The translations under genes were made by a program, and so were the position numbers. A stretch of DNA of 63,602 nt, the filler included, from Salisapilia sapeloensis CBS 127946 (lineage: Eukaryota > Protista > Oomycota): assembly GCA_023334545.1 (NCBI GenBank). It is 5 parts of 5 records of this genome, joined end to end, with 100 filler letters (N's around TTAATTAATTAA, not from the genome) between each part and the next. Parts side by side here need not be neighbours in the genome. Positions count along the whole stretch, not along the records: positions 15,678 to 32,884 come from JAADVB010000343.1; positions 32,985 to 53,545 come from JAADVB010000298.1; 3 more parts are not named here. One strand, 5' to 3'. The notes beneath the pieces are model-generated. The model had not been told where the DNA came from and did no database searches. It saw only the letters and a program-made list of their open reading frames with translations. Below are positions 24,825-36,344 of the stretch, in pieces. Each line of letters begins with the position of its first letter. Within the stretch, counting starts at the first letter, position 1.

Positions 24825-26430
24825 GGTACTCGATTTCAACGCTTACAGAGTGCATTCGTAAGCAAGTGTTGCAGGAAGAGCTAAATTTAGATCAAGTTCA
24901 AGGGCATGATCTTCAAAAACATTGAAAGTATAGCGATTGAGGTGTACTCATTATTATTCGGATACGTTTACTATACTTTTATAACCAAAGATTCAATGTG
25001 CACATACCCGCCTTCCATCCAGGTAGGACTGCTCAACCTTGCTAGCTGTTGGCGTTCCTCATTATGCTCCAGTTTACTCTTTACTACATAATCATCTCTT
25101 TATTTTTCGTCATCATCTTTTACGTTTATCCTTGCCAACCATCACTTATTAACGAGTACGATATCAACTTTTGTATCTCATGGATTCTATCATCGGCTCG
25201 CAAGAGCGCACTTTGTTTAGTCTGATTGAACTTAAGTCGATCAAGAACCATAGACCAAGAATCAAGATCCTAGAGGCGCAAGTAAAGACGTAACAACCAA
25301 AATGTATAGTCTTTGGTCTTCATACGTACGTACGATCATGGTTATACTAGTTCAGCACTACATGTAGATCGATTGGCTCGAGGCATTCAAAAGCCAAGTA
25401 CCTTGAAGGAAGATAGAGGATACTGAACGAAGTAGCAAGATAATCGAAGTTTTATAGCAAGATGTTGTGATGAGTTGAACAGAAGATACTCGTGCTGTAG
25501 AAGCGCGCTGGGTTTAGATGAAGATACCAACGATGAGTATGTATCCTAAACATGGGCAGATCAGCATGAACAACCGTGTTATGACCGCATGTAGTGGAAA
25601 CTACAGCCGTGGATCATGTTATATCGACGAGTTGTAGTGTGCTCGTACAGAAACAATAGCAGGCCTCTCTTCTCAGGAACACCAGTCATATCTGAAAGCC
25701 TAAGTTGAACTCAACTGATCCGTTCCATTGATTCTACCGTGCTAAGGGATCTAGTGTCGCAGGCGCTCCGTCTGGGACGCGTCGCCAACGGACTCTACAG
25801 TGAATACGCCTCGTACTAATCAAGACTTGGGAATCAGCTCTACCACACAGCTTGCGGTGGAGCAGATTAAGCTTATAAACTAGATGTGGTACGTGCAGTG
25901 AAAATTGATTAAATGCTCGTACATGGAGCAGGTGCAAAAGCACCAAATACCATCTTCAGTGGTTACCAGTGCATGTGAATAATCGAGTAAATAGAACGTC
26001 AACTTCAATGCATTTGTGATCTGATGTTAGAGATCTTTTCAACTTTGACACGAAAGTGCGCGCGAGTACACACGATCTTCAGAAAGTGCCAGTGTTTCCC
26101 GCTAGAGCCGCCCCTACTGATAACGCAGCCTTGTGTCACAGCAGCCGCGTGGCTGATGAATTGCGATACGCATCATACTCTACTGAAACTTTAAGCGATG
26201 CCGCATGCATGCCGGATTTGAGAGAGCTAGCGTAGCGTAGACACTCTGCTTCGACTGCATCTCTATGCGTTCGCACATCTCCAACACGTACCCTGTTGAG
26301 TCATCGTGTATCATCTGCTTTTGCGCAAGTGTAGGTTGAGGTTAGTCACTGAATGCCACGCGTGGCATTTTATAGAGAACCTTCCGGATGCGAGCTAAAG
26401 ATAGCCACCGCATCTCATCGTCGAGCAGCG

Positions 26431-26865
26431 ATGATCGACTTTAGTACGATCGATCGCTCAGGTGACTCGCAAGATCCGTACACCAATGGACGCAATCATA
26501 CATCAAAACGTGCAAGTTTGGAAGAGGTCAAGTTGAAGCGTATCTACGGGAAGACGAGGTATAGATCTTATTGGACGAAGTGGGAGATCTTTGTCCTAGC
26601 TCTCTATGCATCAACCATATTTATGGACTATTTGATTAACATGATACGTATGCGGAAAACTCGATATTGAAGTTCCGAAATGCACGCTGCTTATCGAGAT
26701 CGAGTACGTGCGTGGGCCGAAGCTTCTTCGAGTCAAGATTGGATCCGATCGTACTCGGAAAATAACACCAAAAATCATATTTACAGGTACGAATCTTTCC
26801 ATTGCATTCGAATATTAAATGCAGCCATGATACGATGATGCCTGTATCCACAATGATATTCAAAT
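26431..26865 (+). CDS. Possible small spliced hypothetical protein
   Basis: MIDFSTIDRSGDSQDPY...KRIYGKTS / SEMHAAYRDRVRAWAEASSSQDWIRSYSENNTKNHIY. It requires a longer-than-usual 114-nt intron. Confidence 0.3.
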
Positions 26866-27070
26866 GACGTGCACTGATGGAGCATCCTTGCTGTCAATAG
26901 GCCGCGGGATAGAGATAAAAGTAAGGAGCTCGGTGGTGCGAATTTTACAATCAGGTATATGATTTACTCGCCATATAGATTAAAAAGTACTTCACGTCGT
27001 CACTAGTAACTACAAGCCTCGTGGGAAATATAAAGGTGGAGGTAAATGCCTCGAGGCTCCATCGAAAACG

Positions 27071-27807
27071 ATGGTCTTCTCGGCTTCCACACCAGCCTTA
27101 GATACGTACCAGCCTCGTGTCCTCTGTCTCGCGAAAGAACGCGAGAAAGAGAAAGAAATACAGCAACCAATGCGATTTCTAAAGAACCGTCCTCTTCATT
27201 GTGGCAAGTACTTTAACCAAGACATTCTCTGCGACTCCGACGGTCAACGCCTCCACAAGTCCCGATCAGTAGATGGTCCAATTTCGAAGAATCGAGAGGG
27301 CATAGCACCTACTACGGCCGAGTATGTGGCGTCTCCTGAGTGGCGTCCACAGGATCGGAGCCGATGGGTCCATTCAAACAACTTTGTCTCGACCTGTGCT
27401 TCGAGCAAGCCATGGATCGCGCAAACTCGGAGCATTACTGGGGAAGCCTACAGCCGCCCCTTGCGAATCGAGGATCCGTACACAAGAAACGTTCCGCCAA
27501 AGGACGAACTGGCTACAGAGGTACAGTCCAGTGCATGCACTCGTTCGAATGGCATCCATCATTATACTTACGCATGGACTAGATACACGCTCGTCGAGCG
27601 ATGGAGGCGCAAGTGGAGATGCGCCGGTGTCGATCACCACAGATACGTCGGAAGAACTATCTTATGTCGGTGTGGGAGACGTCAGAAGGCTCAGCCGTCG
27701 TAAAGCCGTGTCATGACAGCCGTGAGCAGTTGCTGCTCCGTCTGAAAAACGGCAGCGTACAATCTCAGTCCAAAGATAAGGAATCGAGATACGGAAAGGC
27801 GACTTGA
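27071..27807 (+). CDS. Uncharacterised protein, 2 exons
   Basis: The 210-aa ORF is interrupted by a 62-nt GTACAG..TAG intron (27521-27582) and continues IHARRAMEAQVEMRR...YGKAT*. Confidence 0.6.
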
Positions 27808-28147
27808 AGCGATTGACAAACATGACTGAACACCATATGCGCCGACTCTGTATACTTCACTCATCATCTATTATTTTACTTGCATGCACGCTTCGACGAA
27901 GGCAATGGATGTGACAAAGAGGTCTATTTGTGCTGCCTTATTGCTTACTAAAATTAAAATGAGAAAAAAAGTAAAACAATCCTATCTTCCTTCCGGTCTT
28001 CGTACTTGTGACGTAGTCCTTCTTTCATACAGTTTGCATCGAAAGCTCGAGCTCGTCGGCCACCTCCGCCCACTGGGACCAGTAGGCATGTCAAAATGAT
28101 TTATACGCCGACCTTGGAGCCGTAATAAAACGAAAAAGTCTAGTGCA

Positions 28148-28654
28148 CTAGCTCGAGAACGAAAGTAGCTCGATCTCGAAGACTAATGTAGAGTTGGGTG
28201 GGATGCCGCCTGGGTGGCCTCCGGCACCGTACGCGTACTCGGGCGGCAATGTCATCTTGACCAACTCGCCGAGGCTCATCTAGAAAGTAGAAAATGAGAT
28301 ATGGGTTCATCACAGTGGAGGAGCGTGCGTACCTTGGCGACGCCTTCGTCCCATCCACGAATGACTTGTCCGGCGCCGAGCTGTGCGACAAGCAATCGGG
28401 TGAGTCGGGCCATGATATTTAGATCCATTCGATTTAAATTCGTACCTTGAACTCAAATGGCCGGCCACGGTCACGGCTCGAATCGAACTTGGCTCCAGTC
28501 GACAGCGTGCCGACATAATGAACCCGGACGGTGTTGCCTGGCTGCGGGTAGTTGGCGCTGTCGCTACGTTAGTGACAGACAAATTAGTCGATTAGATCGG
28601 GTGGACGGCGATCGAGAAGGTGTACCCAGCCTTAAGCGTTTCCATCTCAAACAT
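28148..28654 (-). CDS. FKBP12: FKBP12-type peptidyl-prolyl isomerase, 4 exons (absent from ORF track)
   Basis: Spliced: [108 protein letters not shown]. Confidence 0.96.
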
Positions 28655-29597
28655 ATTTGGCGGTTATTTCGGAGTGTTTTGGACTTTCGGTTCCGCTTGC
28701 GAGGATTATGGCTAATTTGGTTGTGCAGCCATGGCTCGGCGTCTGAACCAAATACAGCCTTCCACCCTTTGACCTGGAGCGCCCGAGGCTGTACACAGCG
28801 GCCGTGGTCAAGTCGTTAACACTTGTATCCAGTATACGAGACGCGCTGCTCCCACAAAAAGAGGCGCCTCCACTCGACCTGCTGCTTTCCGGAGTCGCGT
28901 CGTGCGATCGCAGGTCTCTTTCAATCTCTGGATAGCTCCTCGTGGATGTCGGATGGAACATCTCCATATGTCACTTCGGGGAGTGGCCCTTCCGTCACGA
29001 TCAGTATGGGTATGGGTGCCAATTGTATCCTCACATGACTATTTTGAAAGGAGGAGATGCGGACGTGATAAATTTCTAGACTCGCTCCAACGGTAACACT
29101 TCGGGAGAAGACAGGATGCATAGACCTTGGTAAATGGCTGTCTTGTAGCCGTAGTATAGTACATCGTTCATCGTTTGCAAATATTCCACGTCGCCAGATT
29201 TCGGCCTGCAGACGGCATGCGACACGAGAGAGCGCAGGTACATGAAAGATCTCGTGAACGTGGAAGGAAGGCGCCGTCGCACCTGCTTGTGTACATAAGT
29301 GAGAAATCCAAGAGCTTCATGCGATAAACATTGGTTCTCGCATGCAGTCACATCTACCGACCAGCTCAGATTACCAGACGTCAGACCGGGCATGCATTGC
29401 ATCGATATCCGTCCGCAAGGGCATGTACAAGGACAAAGATGCGTTCATGTAGATTGATGAGACGTGCCAGCAAAGTAAAAGCAAACATGGCAACGAACAT
29501 AAAACTTGTTAGCAGGAAAGTTAAATCATCTCTCTACCAAGCAAAAACACTATACGCGAAGGATACCTTCTCTTCCACGCATGCAGCAAGATCACAT

Positions 29598-30024
29598 CTA
29601 GATTGAGAAATCTTCGTCCTCCAAGAGACGTGCCAGTTTGCGCAGGCATCGACGCAAACTGATGCGATCCAGTCCTCGGCGGCACGAAATTACGACCTAG
29701 AAATGCGCGTATAACTACAATCATATCCATGAGTCATCATGCAACTGTACGTACTTGAATATCTCTCTTGATTCCTTTGGCTTTCGTGTCCGTCACTCCG
29801 TTTGGTTGTTGCATTAATGCTTGCATCAAGTCCATGGCTTCAGAATCCAGCACATCCTTGTCTGCCATCAGCTCGTCTGCGCTGTCCACTTCAGAGCTCT
29901 CGTCTATTTCGCTGTCTAATCCGCTTTCCATGCGCATAGCACCGACCTGATTCTCTTCATCAATTGCGCCGATAAAAGTAGTGAGGCATCCAAACAAGAT
30001 CGCGAACAAGAGCATGCAACGCAT
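29598..30024 (-). CDS. Small secreted protein (122 aa), putative prepro-peptide, 2 exons
   Basis: Signal peptide MRCMLLFAILFGCLTTFIGA, acidic segment, KR, then a 58-nt phase-0 intron (29697-29754) giving DIQ/VVISCRRGLDRISLRRCLRKLARLLEDEDFSI*. Confidence 0.7.
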
Positions 30025-30061
30025 GATTTAAAGTTGGTATAGCAATAGGATCGTCGATGTT

Positions 30062-30077
30062 GCAAAAGCAAGAATGA
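30062..30077 (-). promoter_or_regulatory. Oomycete INR+FPR core promoter of the small secreted gene
   Basis: Minus strand TCATTCTTGCTTTTGC matches YCATTYYNCAWTTTNC at 14/16 positions, about 40 nt upstream of the ATG at 30024. Confidence 0.55.
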
Positions 30078-30202
30078 GTAGACAGTAGCAGTCGGCATCA
30101 AGCCCAAGGTTTGATGTGGTCAAAGCAATGCACTAGAAATGTATTTCTAAACAACGTTCAAAGATATATCGGCGGGTTTTCCGACGCATCTAGCGTTTGC
30201 TG

Positions 30203-31061
30203 TTAAAGAAAGGGAGCCGTAGGTCTAAAGTGTCGATTCGTCATTTGGGTCCAGTGTGATGGGTAAGTACCCACTACGCGAAGAGTTCTTGGACAAATCT
30301 GTGTTTCCATCAGAACAAGTCGACCAGAACTTGTGAAAGCGGCGAAAGCAACGTCAAATGTCTTGTCGTTACTGGAAAACACAGATGGCGGCCACTTGAC
30401 TGATCTCGCTGAGCATCGCAGCTTTACGTTGGTATAGGGCGATCCAAACCCGAGCAAGTAGTACAGATCTTGGTCAAATAAAATTTGCCATTCATTTACC
30501 GTTTGTTTCTAAAATCTTGCTCTGCTCTATCGGGTGAAAACCCGCAAGCTTCGTCTTGCTGGTAGGAGATAAACAAGATAGCTCCTTCGGAAAATTGGCA
30601 CCTCACACAAAAGCGTATACGTCCGTCTCGTTAGTATAAACTAGCATCGTGTAGTTTGGAGCCATGCTTTGTGGGATATCCATGTGTTGAGGTACTTGAA
30701 AGTCCACGTCATCTAGGCTACTTTCCATAGTCGGTGTAGCCAAAGTCACAATAGACACATCATTCGAACCAGGTGCAGCACCTAATACAGACTTTATGGA
30801 AATGATGGAGGTACAATAAGAACTATTGGCACTGTGCAATGACTGCACACTCTCGAGATTCGGCGCGTTATCCACACAGCTGTACTGTGTGAGCAGTGTA
30901 AGCTCGCCGATAAAGATTCCTCTACAAGACTAGCCGTCGCCTCGTGAACACAGAAGACCGAAAGACTTTGCAAGCTGTTTATGCTGAAGGTCTTTTTGAG
31001 CAGACGTCGTAGCTGATAGGAGCGAGAGGCAAAGAAAGAAAACCTGGTAAGGACGCATCAT
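30203..31061 (-). pseudogene. Secreted, degenerate trypsin-like gene with an in-frame TAG
   Basis: MMRPYQVFFLCLSLLSATTSA signal peptide; GDG*SCRGIFIGELTLLTQYSCV (resembles CGG.LI...VLTAAHCV) and NDVSIVTLATP (resembles DIALLKL). TAG at 30930-30932; two plausible downstream introns. Confidence 0.5.
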
Positions 31062-31514
31062 CTCATCTGGAACGTTCGTTTATGTGAGATTAAAATGGAG
31101 ATTAAAATTAAAACGCCCTATAGCATTGTCCTTGATGAAGCTGGCAGGGTCATCTGCAAAGATTGACGACGGCGGAGACTAAGTTACCACCAATTTGATC
31201 TTTAAAGTGGGTGTGGCACCAATGGCATGAAATGAGTCAGTGGCTTCTTAAAACTTGCAAAATTTTATTCCTACCTATCCAATACCACCGTCGTCACGAT
31301 GAATTGCTAGTTCAACCCATAGAAGCCTTCGTGGGTGATACGATAGAACGCTGTCATGTTCACTTGAGTGGAAAGACCGTGAATCGGACTGAAGACTTCA
31401 CGTGTCAACGCTGGCTGAGCTACTAAATTAATGTACAAGTAATCATAGGTCAAAGTCCTTTGAATGACTTGGAATCGCTTGCTTCATTTAATAGAGATGC
31501 ATGGAAGAATGCGA

Positions 31515-31940
31515 CTATATGCTACTCAGTATACTTGTTTGCTTGTGTTCTCGTTCCATCTTTCTTTGACGCTTTAACCTGTTCTCCCATGCCAACAGAG
31601 CTACAATCCAAAGCGTTGGAATGATCAAAAGTGGAAGAATGTATCCCAACGCTTCTACGGAGATGCTGAAAGCTTCGCGGAAGACACCGATCATAGCACA
31701 AGCAGTTCCCAGTAATACCATGAGAATGATCGAAGCGATAAAGTCTGCAGGTTGCCATAAGTCGTACCCTTGTAAATCGGTCACTGGGATCTCTACTTCA
31801 GTGCGACTGCATTCTCTAAAGTATTTATGAACTGATCCACCACGTTTTCCACGAAGGATAAAGCGCGGCTTTTGGCGCATCCTCATATGCTCTATAAGTA
31901 TTGTTCGGGACGTGAATGGAAGGTGTAACTGCCGTTTCAA
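31515..31940 (-). CDS. Small two-TM membrane protein
   Basis: Two hydrophobic segments (FIASIILMVLLGTACAMIGVF; ILPLLIIPTLWIVALLAW) followed by a basic tail. Start uncertain (ATG at 31886 or 31940). Confidence 0.55.
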   Translation of the reverse strand: MKRQLHLPFTSRTILIEHMRMRQKPRFILRGKRGGSVHKYFRECSRTEVEIPVTDLQGYDLWQPADFIASIILMVLLGTACAMIGVFREAFSISVEALGYILPLLIIPTLWIVALLAWENRLKRQRKMEREHKQTSILSSI

Positions 31941-32357
31941 CTATTAAAAGGAACAAGCGTAGTATCTAGTGTAGCGTTTACTCCTAAGACCAACGAATAT
32001 ATTTCCAATGAATTTCAATCAAATTCACTTATAATTTAGATAGAAACTTAGCTACAATTATCAATTTATAGTCCGCAAGTGCAATTCCTTGGCACGAAGC
32101 TTAGTTCACTGTCAGAAGATATTGTATGAGTTTCTCTTCGTTTGAAAAAGTCGAGCGCTTAAATGTAGATGCGATGTGCTTTTGTCGTGACGAAACGGAC
32201 AAGAGGAGAAGAAACGACACGAGGCATTTGGAAAGAAAGGAGGAAAAGGACAAGAGTACAAGCAATAGGTTTGTGATATCAATCTTATAGCGCCATTCAT
32301 TGCTCCTAGGTTGAAATTAGTCCTCTAACGATATCTGTGATAACGTAGGACACTGCC

Positions 32358-32884
32358 ATGACCTTGGAAGCTAGCGAAACGATGGAGCGTACGCAGCGTT
32401 GCTGGTCTTCACCAAAACTCCAGCTCACATACTTGTGGGTTACCACCATTGTAAGTAGAACCGACGTTTCGGACGGCAACCTATATACTAAGTGTACCTT
32501 CAGCTTTTTGGCTTTATCTACAGCCTCGTGGCGATCGCAGCAGCAGCGGGTAACTCGGGTAATCACTTGTCTAGCTCGAGGTCTCTTGGATTTGTTGGTG
32601 TATGGTCCATGCTCATGGTCGCTGGACTCTCGGTGGGCGGCACTATGGTCATGCGACGTTACAAGACACGTTTCGCGGTTGGCTTTCTGCTCGGCGTCGT
32701 GCTCATGATGGCGTTCCAAATGCTGTCGCTGAGTGTGATGTTCGCCGGTACCGCAGTGCTCGGTCTTGAAGAGCGCAAGAAGGAAGGACACAGCACGAAT
32801 GTGGCAGCTAACAATGCTGGTGCGGTCTTCTCCACCGTCCTCTTTCTGCTATACGTAAGCGCTTTTCCATTACACGAAATACCA
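32358..32884 (+). CDS. 5' part of a 4-TM membrane protein gene (cut by contig end)
   Basis: MTLEASETMERTQRCWSSPKLQLTYLWVTTI / LFGFIYSLVAIAAA...GFVGVWSMLMVAGLSVGGTMVMRRYKTRFAVGFLLGV...AVFSTVLFLLY, then a GTAAGC intron that runs into the terminal repeat. Confidence 0.82.
32801..32884 (+). repeat. 84-nt direct terminal repeat of contig 2 (copy 2)
   Basis: Identical to 15678-15761. Confidence 0.97.
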
Positions 32885-32984
32885 NNNNNNNNNNNNNNNN
32901 NNNNNNNNNNNNNNNNNNNNNNNNNNNNTTAATTAATTAANNNNNNNNNNNNNNNNNNNNNNNNNNNNNNNNNNNNNNNNNNNN
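32885..32984. other. Artificial contig linker
   Basis: N44-TTAATTAATTAA-N44. Confidence 0.98.
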
Positions 32985-33165
32985 GTCGGAGCAAGTCACC
33001 AATGTTGTCACTGATCACACCGTCGACACCCCGACGCTTTTGATTCTGCACACTCTCGTGACTAGTGTTTTGGTCTCCCCATGTCAGCAACGGCCTCTCC
33101 GTCACTCGCTTGACGACATCCACCACCTGTGGCTCTTGCAGCATAGCGTCCGAGTTAGATACCAC
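32985..33165 (-). repeat. Left arm of 181-nt inverted terminal repeat of contig 3
   Basis: Reverse complement of 53365-53545 with 2 mismatches; both copies stop at the same base (...ctccgac). Confidence 0.97.
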
Positions 33166-36113
33166 GCCTTGCAATTGCTCCATGCGAACAAATTCAACTG
33201 CCGCCTGCAGCGTGTCTCTCGCATCTTCCGTTTCGATGCGACCCATCGTCAACAGGAACACAGGGTACTTGGCTTGTTTTGCCCTCAAGAGGACACATAT
33301 TTCAGGATCAAAGCACGAAAAAAAGATACGACGTTCTCCAGCATGATCGAACACGCACTGCAGGATCGTATCGACGTATTCGTTCATGGCAAAGCAAGCC
33401 CGTTTCCTCAGCGCAGCATGCTGCTTAACGTTCGGGTACTTGACCTCAACATTCAGTCCGATGCTCGGAGGTACATGTTTGAGCAGATCTTCTAACCGAG
33501 GGAAGAAATCGACCAAGTGGTCATCGTCTCCTACTCCACTGTCATTCGGTGACGATGGCGCAGGGGACATGGGAGACTTGGGTGGCTTAGTGCCAACTAG
33601 ATTATTCCAGTGCTTCTTAAGTCGTTTTTGGAGCACTGTCTCCTCCCTTTCATGCACTGGGCGTGTCATGCAGCGAGAGAGTTGACGCAGAGTCATGTCA
33701 TGGATGCCAATGGCAAAATCTTCTGCTTTAGATCCGTCGCTCCACGCTCGACGGTCTTCCAGTCCGACACTCAGCATGTGGTCGTGGTATAAGACGGGGA
33801 TACGGTCCTTTGTCAACTGTACGTCAAACTCGACAAAGTCAGCGCCAGACCTTCCAGCAATTAAAAACGACGCGAGCGTGTTCTCTCGAGTCAAGGCGTG
33901 CCGGAAGCCACCAACCTGCTTAAACGATCGCCCCATGCCACGATGACCAATGTTTAAAGGCGCTCGTTCGCGCCAGTACGATCTCCAGACGTGCGTCAGT
34001 GTGTTTTTCCTATGTGCAAACGGGAGTAGAAGGAGGTAGGAAACGGTGATTTGCCCCATGACCTCCGACCCGTCCCCTTGAGCAGATAGAAGAGGTAGTG
34101 TCAACGTGCCTTCACCATGCTCATGCAGCTGAGAAGGTAGTAGATATGCGGATCCGACGTCTTCTTTGTCGCTGGACACTTGGAAGACAATGCGATAAGC
34201 CAATTTCTGCTCAGATCCTTTGGAAAGAGCTGTTAGGGGCATATTGACACGGAATACTTGCGCTCGAGTGGTGTCCACATAGTGGTCCACATCCGAAGGA
34301 GAGTCGGAAGGATACTCGTGGACGTTGCGGATGAGGTTGTTACGAAGGGAGGCTGTAGTCGACTGACCAAGCACTTGCACTAGCGTATCGAACGACAATT
34401 TCTCGACGCAAACGTCCGATTCGACATGGAACGAAGCACTTCGACAAGTCCATCGACCGAATAGACCGAGCTCATTTGCTATACAAGGTGTCTCCAACAT
34501 ACCTACACTGTGCGTACCAGTAGATGATAGTGGTCCGCGTAGCTGTACTCGTCCTGACCGAAGGAAGAGGAGACAACGAGGCCGTTCACCATACTTCATG
34601 AGTTTTTGTCCCGCAGCATACGTCTCGGTTTCCACTTTCTCTGCCAATAGTTTCAACTGCTCTTGCGTCAGAGGTGTGAGGTAGCGTAGCTGATGTAGCC
34701 ACGACACGGTAGACATGTCAGCTGACAATTCACAAGTGTCCAACGTCTCCTTTGACGTATTCAAGTAGGCATTAGGACAAGGAGCCTCTTGTTTGTACTG
34801 CTCCAACTGCTGCTTAAGTTTGCTGGACGTGCTGTCAAGCACATCAGCGCTACGAGCATCCACGTCCATCTTCCTCCACGACCGTTTTCTTTCGTTTGGA
34901 GGACACTGTGTCTGTTGTTCGTATCTCATCTGCACTCGGAAGGCTTGGGAGGTGGACGAACCCAAGAGACTTTGGATGGCAGGAGTCGTTTCGTCATTGT
35001 TACCCACCCACAGACGCACTTGAGCCGTGTTATCATTCGGATTAAGCCAACCATGCTCGAGCTGTTCCTTTAAGTCTCCATCCATGCCCTGTTCGAAACC
35101 GTAAAAGCCATCGTCCTCTTGGTCTTCTCGCGATGATGCTTCGGAGGCGTCATCCACAAATACATTCAGCTCTGCAAACTGTAGGACACTGGCGTGGCTC
35201 ACTTGCTGCAGTCGGACGTACCTGCCGACAACATTTTCTTCTAGCTCAATCGTTTCGAGTCGACGGTCATGCGCTAATTCGAACTTTTGTGTAAATACTG
35301 GCGCTTTCGCATCCACCGGGTCTGTCCATTGACTCGTGAAAGGATGATTGGAGATGAGTACCATGAGAGGAGCTGCTTCCATGGACGAGACAAGCGAAGA
35401 TGAGGCAGGTGGCCGAGCGTCTGGACGCTTTGGACGGTTATGGTACGTCAAACTCTTCCACAGATCAAGTCGAGAGATAGAGTGCTCTTGTCCAAGATCC
35501 ACTTGCCACCATGCATTAGCTTCGCGGTTTGTACGACAACAACGCCATTCCTGAAAGCCATTCGTGTTCCCATTATTACCCAGGTGCGCTGGTCGAGCAC
35601 CAGGGCAGGGCATTCGAGTAGATTCATAGGTAGAGCTTTGCTCTGCCTCTTTTCCTCTATATAGACGGATAAGATATATGATGGGTGTGTTTATAGGATG
35701 ATAAAGAACGTACTTGGCAGCATTGACAGCAGTGCTGATCGTACGTGTGCGATTGCCAGGGATGCTTTCCCAAGAAATGATATCGTTCGAATCGATGCGT
35801 TTCACAAGGTACTTGTACTCCATGGCAAGAGGTTCCTTCTCGAATGCAATCTCGACGCTCCATTTGCTCTCAGTCGCGGACCGGTGGACGCAGACCATTG
35901 GGACTGTATGCAAGCACATTATAATTAAGATCCATCTACTTGTGCTTTTGATGCAATATCATGTAATCAAAGTCTACCGGCTCGATCGACGTCCCAAGCG
36001 CCAATTTCATCCGGGTCGCCGAGCACATGCATAACCTTGGTGTCTTCCGGCACTGCGACATTCACTTCCGGTGCTGCCAACAGGCGAACCGTGAACCGCT
36101 CCGTGATCGTCAT
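32985..36113 (-). CDS. Glycerophosphodiester phosphodiesterase (GPCPD1/GDE5-like) with CBM20, F-type-lectin/discoidin and cNMP-binding domains; 3' end cut by contig end
   Basis: CBM20 (HVLGDPDEIGAWDVDRAVPM...KWSV...MEYKYLV...WES); NAWWQVDLG...GRYVRLQ...LQFAELNVF; cNMP domain (LTQEQLKLLAEKV....YAAGQKLMKYGE...GRVQL...ELGL...RSAS); GDPD (IGHRGMG, RENTLASF, VEFDVQLTKD, NVEVKYP, TWGDQN, GVDGVISD). Two short introns near the 5' end. Confidence 0.9.
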
Positions 36114-36344
36114 TGCTAATTTTAGCAGTACTCGTACACGATGTCTTCTACTAGCACTCTGATTTTTTCTGTGCTTGCTCGATGCGAAGCCAAATTCGTC
36201 TGGAAATGACCAATTTGGAATGGAGCAATGTCATGCCGAACCCTTTCAAGATTCATTACATTTGGCATTTGTATGATAGTTGGTTGTCAAATCGCAATGT
36301 GCTCCACGAGCTGAGATAGGAAGATTCAAGAATTTTTGTATTTT

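Noticed and set aside
28700-29520. Degenerate retroelement or extra gene upstream of FKBP12
   Set aside because: Several short overlapping ORFs, but no RT, integrase or gag motifs, no LTR/TIR, and no consistent splice model.
30930-30932. TAG reassignment (non-standard genetic code) to explain the in-frame stop
   Set aside because: TAG terminates conserved genes normally here (FKBP12, LRR kinase, OYE), and no other conserved gene has internal TAGs.
29598-31061. RxLR-dEER or Crinkler (LFLAK) effector calls for the secreted proteins
   Set aside because: No RxLR followed by dEER after the signal peptides and no LxLFLAK motif.
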